A DNA stretch of 63,434 nt, the filler included, from Octopus bimaculoides (lineage: Eukaryota), in assembly GCF_001194135.2 (NCBI RefSeq). It is 6 parts of 4 records of this genome, joined end to end, with 100 filler letters (N's around TTAATTAATTAA, not from the genome) between each part and the next. Parts side by side here need not be neighbours in the genome. Positions count along the whole stretch, not along the records: positions 45,907 to 53,572 come from NC_068999.1; positions 53,673 to 57,833 come from NC_068988.1; positions 57,934 to 61,538 come from NC_069007.1; positions 61,639 to 63,434 come from NC_069007.1; 2 more parts are not named here. One strand, 5' to 3'. Made by a program: the position numbers and the translations under genes. Positions 53,245-63,434 of this stretch are shown here, in pieces. The notes beneath the pieces were generated by a model. The model was not told the origin of the DNA and searched no databases. It was given only the letters and a program-made list of their open reading frames with translations. The stretch's first letter is position 1; each line of letters begins with the position of its first letter.

Positions 53245-53572
53245 GAGGCACTTAGGTGTCAGTGATCGTGAGGTTGCGTTGCAAAAAATCATAGCGGCAT
53301 TTTCGTCCCTCTTTACATGTTTAAGTTCAAATTCCACCAAAGTCAAATTTGCGTTTTGCACTTCGAGGACGATAAATTCAGTACTAGTGAATCCATGAGG
53401 TCGATGTAATCGACTAGTACTCTCCTCCAATATTTCAGACGCTCTGTGCCTTTACTAGAAAGTATTCTTCTTCTTCTTCTTCTTCTTCTTCTTCTTCTTC
53501 TTCTTCTTCTTCTTCTTCTTCTTCTTCTTCTTCTTCTTCTTCTTCTTCTTCTTCTTCTTCTTCTTCTTCTTC
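53245..53572 (+). mobile_element. SINE family B followed by a (TTC)n array (53465-53572)
   Basis: TTAAGTTCAAATTCC...GAGGTCGATGTAATCGACT...GTGCCTTTACTAGAAAG, then the TTC run. Confidence 0.75.
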
Positions 53573-53714
53573 NNNNNNNNNNNNNNNNNNNNNNNNNNNN
53601 NNNNNNNNNNNNNNNNTTAATTAATTAANNNNNNNNNNNNNNNNNNNNNNNNNNNNNNNNNNNNNNNNNNNNTTTTGATACTTACGCTGCAATTTATACA
53701 GATATACAGACATG

Positions 53715-53866
53715 CAGATGTGGTAAGAAGTTTGCTACCCAACCACATGGTTCTAGGTTCAGTCCCACTGCGTGGAAACTAAGGCTAGTGAATTCTACTA
53801 TATCCTCGGGTCGACCAAAGTTTTATGTGTGGATTTCGTAGATGGAAACTGAAAGAAGCCCGTCGT

Positions 53867-53907
<41 letters not shown>

Positions 53908-54075
53908 GGCGCAGGAATGGCTGTGTGGTAAGAAGCTTGCTTCCCAACCACATGATTCCGGGTCCAGTTCCACTGCGTGGTGGCACCTTGGGCAATTGCC
54001 ATCTACTATATCCTCGGGCCGACCAAGGCCTTGTGAATAGATTTTGTAGACGGAAACCGAAAGAAGTCCGTCTTA
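53715..54075 (+). mobile_element. Two tandem SINE family C 5' halves (53715-53870 and 53907-54075)
   Basis: GGCGCAGGAATGGCTGTGTGGTAAGAAGCTTGCTTCCCAACCAC...GACGGAAACCGAAAGAAG occurs twice. Confidence 0.88.
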
Positions 54076-55959
54076 TATATATATATTTATATAAAGGGCA
54101 TTATTATAGAAATAATAACGCCACACATAATAATGCCCTTTATATAAATATAAACGAATAATTATATTCTTGGGAATAGAAATTTCCCTAATGAATTTTT
54201 TTACACACTGGCTTCTTGATAAAATTCTTGTAAAAGAGTTTTNNNNNNNNNNNNNNNNNNNNNNNNNNNNNNNNNNNNNNNNNNNNNNNNNNNNNNNNNN
54301 NNNNNNNNNNNNNNNNNNNNNNNNNNNNNNNNNNNNNNNNNNNNNNNNNNNNNNNNNNNNNNNNNNNNNNNNNNNNNNNNNNNNNNNNNNNNNNNNNNNN
54401 NNNNNNNNNNNNNNNNNNNNNNNNNNNNNNNNNNNNNNNNNNNNNNNNNNNNNNNNNNNNNNNNNNNNNNNNNNNNNNNNNNNNNNNNNNNNNNNNNNNN
54501 NNNNNNNNNNNNNNNNNNNNNNNNNNNNNNNNNNNNNNNNNNNNNNNNNNNNNNNNNNNNNNNNNNNNNNNNNNNNNNNNNNNNNNNNNNNNNNNNNNNN
54601 NNNNNNNNNNNNNNNNNNNNNNNNNNNNNNNNNNNNNNNNNNNNNNNNNNNNNNNNNNNNNNNNNNNNNNNNNNNNNNNNNNNNNNNNNNNNNNNNNNNN
54701 NNNNNNNNNNNNNNNNNNNNNNNNNNNNNNNNNNNNNNNNNNNNNNNNNNNNNNNNNNNNNNNNNNNNNNNNNNNNNNNNNNNNNNNNNNNNNNNNNNNN
54801 NNNNNNNNNNNNNNNNNNNNNNNNNNNNNNNNNNNNNNNNNNNNNNNNNNNNNNNNNNNNNNNNNNNNNNNNNNNNNNNNNNNNNNNNNNNNNNNNNNNN
54901 NNNNNNNNNNNNNNNNNNNNNNNNNNNNNNNNNNNNNNNNNNNNNNNNNNNNNNNNNNNNNNNNNNNNNNNNNNNNNNNNNNNNNNNNNNNNNNNNNNNN
55001 NNNNNNNNNNNNNNNNNNNNNNNNNNNNNNNNNNNNNNNNNNNNNNNNNNNNNNNNNNNNNNNNNNNNNNNNNNNNNNNNNNNNNNNNNNNNNNNNNGAG
55101 CTCAAGAAACACGTTTGATTAAAAAAAAAAAAAAGAATAGTTATAAAATAATTTTAAAAAATTTGATTGTGAAATTTTCTAGCTTCTTGCTTCTTTAAAA
55201 AAATCCATCTGGGACAAAATTTTCGAAATGGTAAAATAAAATAGAAAAAAAATATACGGTGTGGGGCGGGGGATAGGCCGCAATATCTCAAAGAGGTTAA
55301 CGAATCTGTTTGAAAGAAGAGAAAAAATAAGTGAAACGACTTGATTCTCAACAGAAATAAACATTTTCAAAAAAAAAAAAAAAAAGGCAAAAAATAAAAA
55401 CCAAACAAAACCAAAATCCAGAAGAACAACAGCGACAGCCCCCACCCACGCCCAAAATGGCATCTGTACTTTAGTAAACTGATGGAATCTACTGATGCAA
55501 ATTGATGAAGAATTTTCATAAAAGACGAACAGATGACAACGACGATGACGATGATAAAAACCTGCTTAAGTTTGGAATGATACAAAATAAACAGAACAAA
55601 AAAGACAGTCGGATGCTGATGTTTTGTTATCTTGAGTGTTATTGATGGCACTGAAGGTAGTATTAATGGAAGTGGGTATCAATAAGAGTGGTCGGTGGTG
55701 ACATCGGCAATAGGTAGTGGTGGGGTTGGCCTTGAAGAGACCAATTAAGTATGAGTCACTAGCGTTTTGTAAAGAACTAGTGATAGAGAGAAGTAGTTTA
55801 GAGAGGGAGCGAGTTAGTAAACTAGAAGCGACAATTTAAAATGGCATCACAACCAACGTGCTAGCAGTAAGAGTGGCCCTCGAGCATTCTTTCAGAGCCA
55901 AACACGAAAGCTGCGTTGTCAGAGCTAGAGTTCATACTCTAAAATAAGAAGGAACGAAA

Positions 55960-57240
55960 GCCGTTCAATGGGCCCCGTGGTGGTGGATGGCACGACGTGA
56001 GGACAAAGCTATAATTCAGTCTTTGATGCACCCGGATGGGCGCGTGCTATTCGGTTCCAAGCAGACGTTTGCAGCATTCCAGCGGCACTTTGCTAAACTG
56101 TTCCGAGCAAGTGGTCAGAGACGGTTATGGACTTTAGTGCCCACCTCGACGGCCTGCTGCGACTCTTGGCAGAAGAGGCAAGGCACTGCGAAACTTCAAT
56201 AAGAGCAAATGAGATAGAGGAGGTATTTATTTCTTTATTGCCCACGGGGGGGGGGGGGATAAACAAAGAGGGGACAAACAAAGACAAAGAGTTTCAGTCG
56301 ATTACATCGACCCCAGTGCGTAACTGGTTCTTATTTAATCGACCCCAAAAGGATGAAAGGCAAAGTCAACCTCAGCGGAGTTTGAACTCAGAACGTAACA
56401 GCAAACAAAATAACGCTAAGCATTTCGCCCGGCGTGCTAACGATTTTGCCAGCTCCCCGCCCTCATAGAGAGAAGAGGTATTGAATGGTTGCACAAGGAG
56501 CAAATTGCCTGATTCAGATAGTTTGCTCTATGAGTTTTATGGCAATATGCCAGATCGCTACAATACACAAATGGCATTCGTTCGGTAGGCATAGTAAACA
56601 GTTATCTCTCGGGACCGTTTCATATCGTGCGATCAATCCATTAAAGTGTCTTTTCTCATCTTTTCTATAGGCACTGGCTTTCGAGCCATTGCTTCTGAAG
56701 CGAGAACACTTGAGGGGCATCTCTTTCGAACAAGGATGCAGGAGAGCTGTGTCAGCGTACATGGACAACATCATCATAATGGCACCAGATACTACGGAAG
56801 TTCAGGTAGTCGAGTTTCTTTTAAATGAATACGAGGTGTTGACAGAAGTAAAGACAAACCGGGACAACTTAACACCTGATCGTTGCGCCTTACCCCATCC
56901 AAGTTTGGCCAGACTGGAGCGTCCACTTTTCTTCTTCCTGTGGAAGGGATGCGTTCCACTGGTTAGACGGTCCCACGTGTTGCCAGTGCCCTTTGGAAGG
57001 TGGAATTGGCAAGCTGTAGCTGCTGACGCGCAGGCACTCGCTGAGGCTACGTCACCTGCAGATTTTCCGGAACTGTGAACCAGTGTGGTCTCCGTTTGCA
57101 AGACACGCCCTTCGACAGCTCATCTCTTTGACAGAGCTGTAGTCCTTGGTCAAGAAAAGACCAAGATCAGGCACCTGACACCTGGAATGTCGTTCGGCAC
57201 ACACCACCCTCTAATAGTTGGGCAATGCGGCCCTGTGTTA
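55960..57240 (+). pseudogene. Tx1/L1-clade LINE ORF2 remnant, internally deleted and interrupted by a SINE
   Basis: IIQSLMHPDGRVLF...AFQRHFAKLF; LDGLLRLLAEEARHCETSIRANEIEE (tether region, LE.PIT.EEI-like); VSAYMDNIIIM (YADD-equivalent); LNEYEVLTEVKTN (SG.KIN..KS-like); FFFLWKG..VRR. Confidence 0.8.
56222..56462 (-). mobile_element. SINE family B with an extended 3' tail, inserted in the Tx1 remnant
   Basis: Minus strand GGGGAGCTGGCAAAATCGTTAGCACGCCGGGCGAAATGCTTAGCG... ending TTTGTCCCTCTTTGTTTATCCCCCCCCCCCCGTGGGCAATAAAGAAATAAATA. Confidence 0.88.
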
Positions 57241-57243
57241 GCA

Positions 57244-57303
<60 letters not shown>

Positions 57304-57304
57304 G

Positions 57305-57549
57305 AGGTGGTGAGCTGGCAGAAACTTTAGCGCGCCGGGTGAAATGCTTAGTGGTATGTACATGTTATACGTACATACGTAAATGTACATACGCCCTGAG
57401 TTAAAATCCGCCGCGGTTGACTTTACCTTTCATCCTTCCGGGGGTCGATAAAATAAGTACCAATTACGCACTGGGTTCGATGTAATTGACTTAATCACCC
57501 TCCCCCAAGCTACCCCTGTGGCAAAAATCTGAAATCATTATTATTATTA

Positions 57550-57590
<41 letters not shown>

Positions 57591-57730
57591 TGGCGTGTTG
57601 GTAGAATCGTTAGTGCGTCGAACAAAATATTCAGAGGTGTTTCTTCTGGCTCTACGTTTTGAGCTCAAATCCCACGGAGGTCGACTTTGCCTTTCATCCC
57701 ACCAAATTCTGACCTTGTGACTATAATACA
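57305..57730 (+). mobile_element. Two tandem SINE family B copies (57305-57535 and 57590-57730) separated by (ATT)n arrays
   Basis: Heads GGTGAGCTGGCAGAA and GGCGTGTTGGTAGAATCGTTAG; ATT runs at 57244-57303 and 57537-57590. Confidence 0.85.
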
Positions 57731-57936
57731 AAGGCTTCTTCTTCTTCTTCTTCTTCTTCTTCTTCTTCTTCTTCTTCTTCTTCTTCTTCTTCTTCTTCTT
57801 CTTCTTCTTCTTCTTCTTCTTCTTCTTCTTCTTNNNNNNNNNNNNNNNNNNNNNNNNNNNNNNNNNNNNNNNNNNNNTTAATTAATTAANNNNNNNNNNN
57901 NNNNNNNNNNNNNNNNNNNNNNNNNNNNNNNNNTAT

Positions 57937-58219
57937 ATGAGGGATGACCCACTAGGTGAACATCCAATATGCTAAATGTAGACCCCATATGGTCTGACCA
58001 CTAAGAAAAAATTTATTCTCAAGAAAATTCGGCAAATGCCAGAACGTAAGCGAGCAAGACAAATGAAATCATTATATTTTGTATTTTTTCATTTGTCTTG
58101 CTCGTTTATGTTCTGGCTTGTGCCCAATTTTCTTGAGAACAAATTTTTTCTTAGTGGTCAGACCATATGGGGTCTACATTTAGCATATTGGATGTCCACC
58201 TAGTGGTCATCCCTCTTAT
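57937..58219. mobile_element. Foldback/MITE-like element: ~130-bp near-perfect inverted arms with a ~17-nt loop
   Basis: GAGGGATGACC(C)ACTAGGTG...GACAAATGAAA / TTTCATTTGTC...CACCTAGTGGTCATCCCTC. Confidence 0.9.
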
Positions 58220-58343
58220 TTGTATGTAATATAATTTTTCTGAATCTTCAGATTTTTTCAATATGCTAGGTTTAAATTGATATTAATCAAATTGATATCA
58301 ATTTTTTACCCTTATTATTTAAATTTATATATATATATACACA

Positions 58344-58897
58344 CAGGGTGGGCCAAAATTAGTGCCCCAACTTTATGTGTCCCAACTATATGTGTATATT
58401 AGTTCTACAGTTTCTTGATGCATGCTGTCATTATTTTTATGCCATTGATTATTCGATGTGTTGAATTTTGTGAGGGAATGCTGGCAGAAGCCAGAGATTC
58501 CAGATTTTTCGTTCGACTCATTTTCTCTCATGAAGTGACCTTCCATGTTTTCTGGTCACATCAACGGCCATAACTGCTTCTATTATTCAGAAGATGACCC
58601 TAAAGTGGTTTGGGAAAAGCCTGTCAACTCACTTTTTCTTGTCAATTGGGGGGCGACATCGTCTTCAGGAATTTGTGCATTCCATATTCAACGAGAGACT
58701 ATGAATGGTGATCGTTACCTGGTGTTGTGTGAAAACATCATCCGGCAGTATTTTCGATACCATCATTCCAAAATCTTTGTGCAAGATGGAACACCTCCTT
58801 ATTATGACAAACGTGTAAGAAACTTCCTTGATCAGCACCTACGAAATCATTGGATTTTCAAAAACTCAAGTTGGGGCACTAATTTTGGCTCACCCTG
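58344..58897 (+). mobile_element. Internally deleted Tc1/mariner-superfamily (rosa/DD41D-like) element with both TIRs
   Basis: 30-bp TIRs CAGGGTGGGCCAAAATTAGTGCCCCAACTT and AAGTTGGGGCACTAATTTTGGCTCACCCTG, TA on the right. Internal (FS)HEVTFHVSGHINGHNCFYYS..NP-like and IFVQDGTPPYYDKRVRNFLDQ segments. Confidence 0.88.
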
Positions 58898-59526
58898 TAT
58901 ATATATATATATGTGAAAAATTAAAGGTTTATCTCAAGCCAAGAACTTGGTTTTCTGGATTCTGTGGCATATACATTGCACCCAGGGCTGGTTTTAAGCT
59001 AATTAGACAGACTTGTTGAAATTGGGCCCTGCACACATGCACGAGCAGAAGATGTTATGATGCATTTTTAGTATGCCATTGTCGGTGGAACCTCAAGTCC
59101 TCAACGCTTTTTTGGTTGGAACTGGCATACTACACAAAGCATAAAGCACCAGTCTTCAGCTTTTGTAGAGTAGAGGGACACCACTGACAATTCTCTAACT
59201 GAGCCCTGCTCTTTCCAGTGCTGGCCTTGACTGCACCTGCCCCACTGGACGGAACTGGTCCACCGCAGTTAAGTGAATGAGAGGAAAATGACATGAAGTG
59301 TTTTGCTCAAGAAAATAATGCATCATGAATGCAACACCCTAACCACTAAGCCCCCCCCCCACACACACACACAGAGGATACCGTTAGTTCTTTAAGGTTC
59401 AATTTTTCTCGACCGATGGAGTAAACCAATCTATGGATGAACGTATAATGACTATCAGAAACGGCTGTAAGTCGAATTTACTACAATAAAGAAATATGTA
59501 GCGACCATTATTTATACCTTGTCATA

Positions 59527-59850
59527 TTGCTTCCCAACCACACGACTGCATGGCACCTTGGGCAAATAATGTCTTTTGCTATAGCCTCAAGTCAACCAAA
59601 GCTCTGCAAGTGGATTTGGTAGACGGAAACTGAGAGAAGCCTGTCATACATGTGTGTGTGTGTGTATTTGTCTGTCTCCCACCACTGCGTGACAACCAGT
59701 GTTGGTGTGTTTACACCCCCCCATAACTTAGCAGTTTGGCAAAAGAGACCAATAGAATAAGTACAGTGGTTGATATATTTGACTAAAAATTCTTCCAAAT
59801 GGTGCCTCAGTATGACCACAGTCTAACGACTGAAACAAGTAAAAGATGAA
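59527..59850 (+). mobile_element. SINE family C, both halves joined by a short TG microsatellite
   Basis: TTGCTTCCCAACCAC...GGTAGACGGAAACTGA, then (TG)n, then CCACCACTGCGTGACAACC...GACTGAAACAAGTAAAAGA. Confidence 0.85.
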
Positions 59851-60690
59851 CGGTATATATATGATATGTATTACAAGGTCGTAGGGTATAGAAGAAAAAG
59901 ACAAAGAACAGAGAATTCTTTAATCTGTTCAGCACATTTCAGATAGACTGGCTCTTCAAAAGTCTATGCTGCAGTGATCGTGCATATTAATTAATTCTGT
60001 ATTTGGTTAACTAAGATTCTACAGAGATAGAGAAATTTGACACCCTCCTCTCCTTATCAAAGCTATACCGCACTGCTTAGAATAGATAATATTTTAAGGG
60101 GAGACAGATAGTAGTAAAACTAACAGTATTTAACTAGTACAAACGGTGAGGGAGGTATTTCAGCAGACCTATTTAGGAATGGTATTTATAAAATCATATT
60201 GGAATTGCAATTCAATCCTACCCGTCAACTTCAATGTTTATGGCAAAGTTCCTACTTCATTTAAACTATTACTGACCAGTTCAAATAGACAGAGGAGGTG
60301 TATAGAACAAGGCTATTCAGCAGGTAATTATTTTGGTCACAATGGGAATGTTGTTGTTCTATACTTTGTGACCTTGTACTAAAATTATTCAGTGTTTGAA
60401 CTTTGGATTTACAAATTGGACAGACAGTGGAAAGTAATTTAGTAGCTGACATGGATCACAGTGGCTTTCACTGGACAGTTTAGTTAGCCAAGTTTGAGCC
60501 CTACAGAGTGCTTATAAAGTATTTGCTTGGGTTTTTAATTTCCTTTTTCCATGTGTGTGTGTCAGTGTGTCTCAACCTTTTTACTCTAGCGTAAACCTTA
60601 AAATAGATTACATGTCTCAAAGAACCCATGCACAAAAAAATTATATACCATATCTTTCTCATATGTTTTTCATTGTAGTTCACGTGGTAA

Positions 60691-60721
<31 letters not shown>

Positions 60722-60959
60722 CACACACACACACACATATATATAAAAACCAAAGTTTTCTGCAAAACACTCAGTACCTTTATTTAGCCATCTTTATAAA
60801 GGTAAAAGGCTAGAATTTGGTTGACCCTACGATGGCCTGAAAATTTCAGGTTTTTATACTCGCAATTAAAACACACTCATGCAAACACCTGCTCACATAT
60901 ATTGCCACCCCCTAAACCTCATTATTCTATAAAAGTTAGTTTATGGTTAAGTTTAAGTA

Positions 60960-61320
60960 TGGGCGCACGAGTGGCTGTGTGGTNNNNNNNNNNTTCTACT
61001 ATAGCCTTGGGCCGACCAAAGCTTTGTGAGTGGATTTGGTAGACAGAAACTGAAAGAAGCCCGTCGTATATATATATATACAAACACGCATACACGCACA
61101 TGAACGCACGCATTCATACATACACGAACATGAACGCATACATTCACACAAACACGAACATGAATGCACGCATTCACACAAAGACGCACATGAACGCACG
61201 CATTCATACATACACGAACATGAACGCACGCATTCACACAAACACATACACGCACGCATTCACATACACGAACATGAACGCACGCATTCACACAAACACG
61301 CACATGAACACACACACACA
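60960..61320 (+). mobile_element. SINE family C 5' half followed by a 30-bp minisatellite (~61095-61310)
   Basis: Unit CATGAACGCACGCATTCATACATACACGAA repeated about 7 times. Confidence 0.85.
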
Positions 61321-61689
61321 CGTTAACTATGACAGAGTTGTCTCCCTTACACCACAAATTTTTCTCTTTCCTTCAGACGAAATCTGACAAACTCCTTTCT
61401 ATATTCGATGTGTTTTAGCTGAAACCGTAAGATCGCCATTTTGGCGATCTTACGAATATTTTTCATTTTCAACCTCGTATATCGTACGCCCTAGGGATTT
61501 TGACCATTAAATTTTGGAGAAAAAATGCAGATTTATACNNNNNNNNNNNNNNNNNNNNNNNNNNNNNNNNNNNNNNNNNNNNTTAATTAATTAANNNNNN
61601 NNNNNNNNNNNNNNNNNNNNNNNNNNNNNNNNNNNNNNCACACACAAAACCACTCATTCACATACAAAGAAAAATTCACGCGTGATCGA

Positions 61690-61906
61690 CCAGACTATCA
61701 GACGCTGTTACACATCGCTGGTCACAATGCGCTTAGCATTGTTTTAGCCTTCAAATGGCGTCACCCCGCTGGCTAGGTGGACAAGCCAACACTCCCCCTT
61801 GATGAAAGAGGACTGGAGCAACGTAAAATGTAGTGTTTTACTCAAGAACACAACGTACTGCCCAACCTGGGAATTGAACCCATGATTTAGCGATCGTGAG
61901 TGCAAC
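61690..61906 (-). mobile_element. CORE-like SINE family E
   Basis: Minus strand GGTTCAATTCCCAGGTTGGGCAG...GTTGTGTTCTTGAGTAAAACACTACATTTTACGTTGCTCCAGTCC. Confidence 0.75.
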
Positions 61907-62019
61907 AAAGAAAAATTCAAAAACAAAACGAGAAAATTTCTCAGTAGCGAAATTGGACGTAAGCTAACAAATGCAAGCACGTGCGCGTGCACGCAGGTAG
62001 AATGACAGACAGAATGATA

Positions 62020-62052
62020 GATAGATCGATCGATCGATCGATAGATAGATAA

Positions 62053-62112
<60 letters not shown>

Positions 62113-62200
62113 GTAGGTAGGTAGGTTGGAAGGTAGATAGATATGTAGACAGACAGATAAATAGATAGATAAGTAGGTAGATGGATAGACAGACAGATTG
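62020..62200. repeat. (GATA)n/(GGTA)n/(GACA)n microsatellite
   Basis: Directly visible. Confidence 0.95.
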
Positions 62201-62294
62201 TCGGTATTTTCCTTTCTCTACAATTTTTAAAAAGTACCAGTATTTTGGATTCCGTTATCTCTGAAGTTCATTGTATATTTCCAAACTATTGCTG

Positions 62295-62510
62295 TCCAAG
62301 GCGGCGAGCTAGCTGTATGGTTAGCATGTCAGGAAAATGTCTAGCAGCATTTCTCCAACTCCGTACATTCTGAGATCAAATACGTCGAGACCGACTTTGC
62401 CTTTCATCCTCTCGGTGTCAACAAAAGAAGTGCTAGTTGGGCACTGGAGTTGATGTAATCGATTACCCCTCCCATCATAATTACTGGCCTTCTGCCAAAA
62501 TTTAAAGCAG
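62295..62510 (+). mobile_element. SINE family B
   Basis: AGGCGGCGAGCTAG...GTTAGC...GACTTTGCCTTTCATCC...GGCCTTCTGCCAAAATTT. Confidence 0.75.
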
Positions 62511-63142
62511 TTTGGCCTGGGGTTTTGGTAACTGAAAATCTACCCAGTGGAACGGAACTCAAAACCATGGAGTTGCAAAACGATCTTCTTTACTGCGTAT
62601 CCAATCATGTAAGCAATGGTTCTCATTAAAAATTCCTTGCTATGCCAAAAGACGGGATGGAGGCACGGCCACAATCATTTGAACACTACTTTATAAAAAT
62701 ATGGCTATCACAGATGTCTTTTTTTATATATATATATAAGACAATATGTTACAATCCATTATTACATTTGCGATAACTGAAGTACGCCCTGGTCTATAGA
62801 AGAAATGCATTCCGAAAATAATTTAGACCCGCAAAATTCTAATTTTAAAGGGATTTTTTGATAGGAGCAATGATATTGAGAGGAGAAAACTTGGGAGAAG
62901 CGTCTTTATCTATTTATTTACTTATTTACTTATTTCCGTATCAGTTCAGCAGCCATTTTGTGTCGTCTGCGTTCAGTGAAAATAGTTCTAGAGAAAATAA
63001 ATACATCAAAGAGTTTAAAAGTGGAGCGTGCATTTTACAGATTTAGATTACTTTTAAACAGATACATACATATGTCCGTACGCACATGCATGCATACAAG
63101 CACGTGCGCACGCACGCAGGTAGAAGGACAGACAGAATGATA

Positions 63143-63434
63143 AGATAGGTTTCTTTATTAGCCACACAGGGCTCAACACAGAGGGGACAAAATACAAATG
63201 TAGAGTTTTTCTTTTCGAGGGGGTCGAAAACAAAGCAGAAAAAAAACAAAAGTGGGGACAACGATGAAAAAAAAAACATCGCAAAACGTTTGGGGTATTT
63301 ACAAAAAATACGAAATAATACAAAAATTCCCAATAAATGGGGAAGTTATCCGTGGAAAGAAAAACCTACGAAAAGACCACGGTAACCTCGGTCTTTAGCG
63401 TCACAGTTTGTTAAATAAAATTTCTTTTATTTAA
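63143..63434 (-). mobile_element. Direct repeat copy B; probable 3' UTR fragment of a Tx1/L1-type non-LTR retrotransposon
   Basis: About 93% identical to 1-296. Minus strand ends ...GAGCCCTGTGTGGCTAATAAAGAAAC with an intact AATAAA. May continue beyond the window edge. Confidence 0.6.

Noticed and set aside
1450-55198. ORFs containing long X runs
   Set aside because: Artefacts of reading through N gaps.
26008-61594. Five TTAATTAATTAA palindromes
   Set aside because: Artificial scaffolding linkers centred in 100-bp spacers, not biological.
1-63434. Intact giant LTR retrotransposon or provirus
   Set aside because: No canonical LTR ends and no intact internal ORFs; the interior looks like ordinary old genomic mosaic.

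Overview
AT-rich, gene-poor eukaryotic DNA from a gapped draft assembly. The SINE families and extreme microsatellite load point to an octopus; this is inference, not a database result. No intact protein-coding gene can be supported: nearly all ORF-track entries are translated microsatellites or read-through of N gaps. The window is a mosaic of simple repeats, at least five tRNA-derived or RTE-tailed SINE families, decayed mariner and Tc1/rosa-type transposases, Tx1/L1 and RTE LINE remnants, and foldback elements. The most notable signal is a type I hammerhead ribozyme fold at 29784-29826, at the tip of a long rod-like stem inside a ~270-nt cluster of hairpins, resembling a Penelope terminal repeat or a retrozyme. 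A second, different hammerhead remnant lies at 8457-8483 on the minus strand. The window also starts and ends exactly on ~93%-identical direct repeats of ~295 bp that look like LINE 3' UTRs. It contains an unexplained GC-rich island, a decayed ORF of unknown origin and a few weak candidate minus-strand exons. SINE boundaries are approximate, read by eye.
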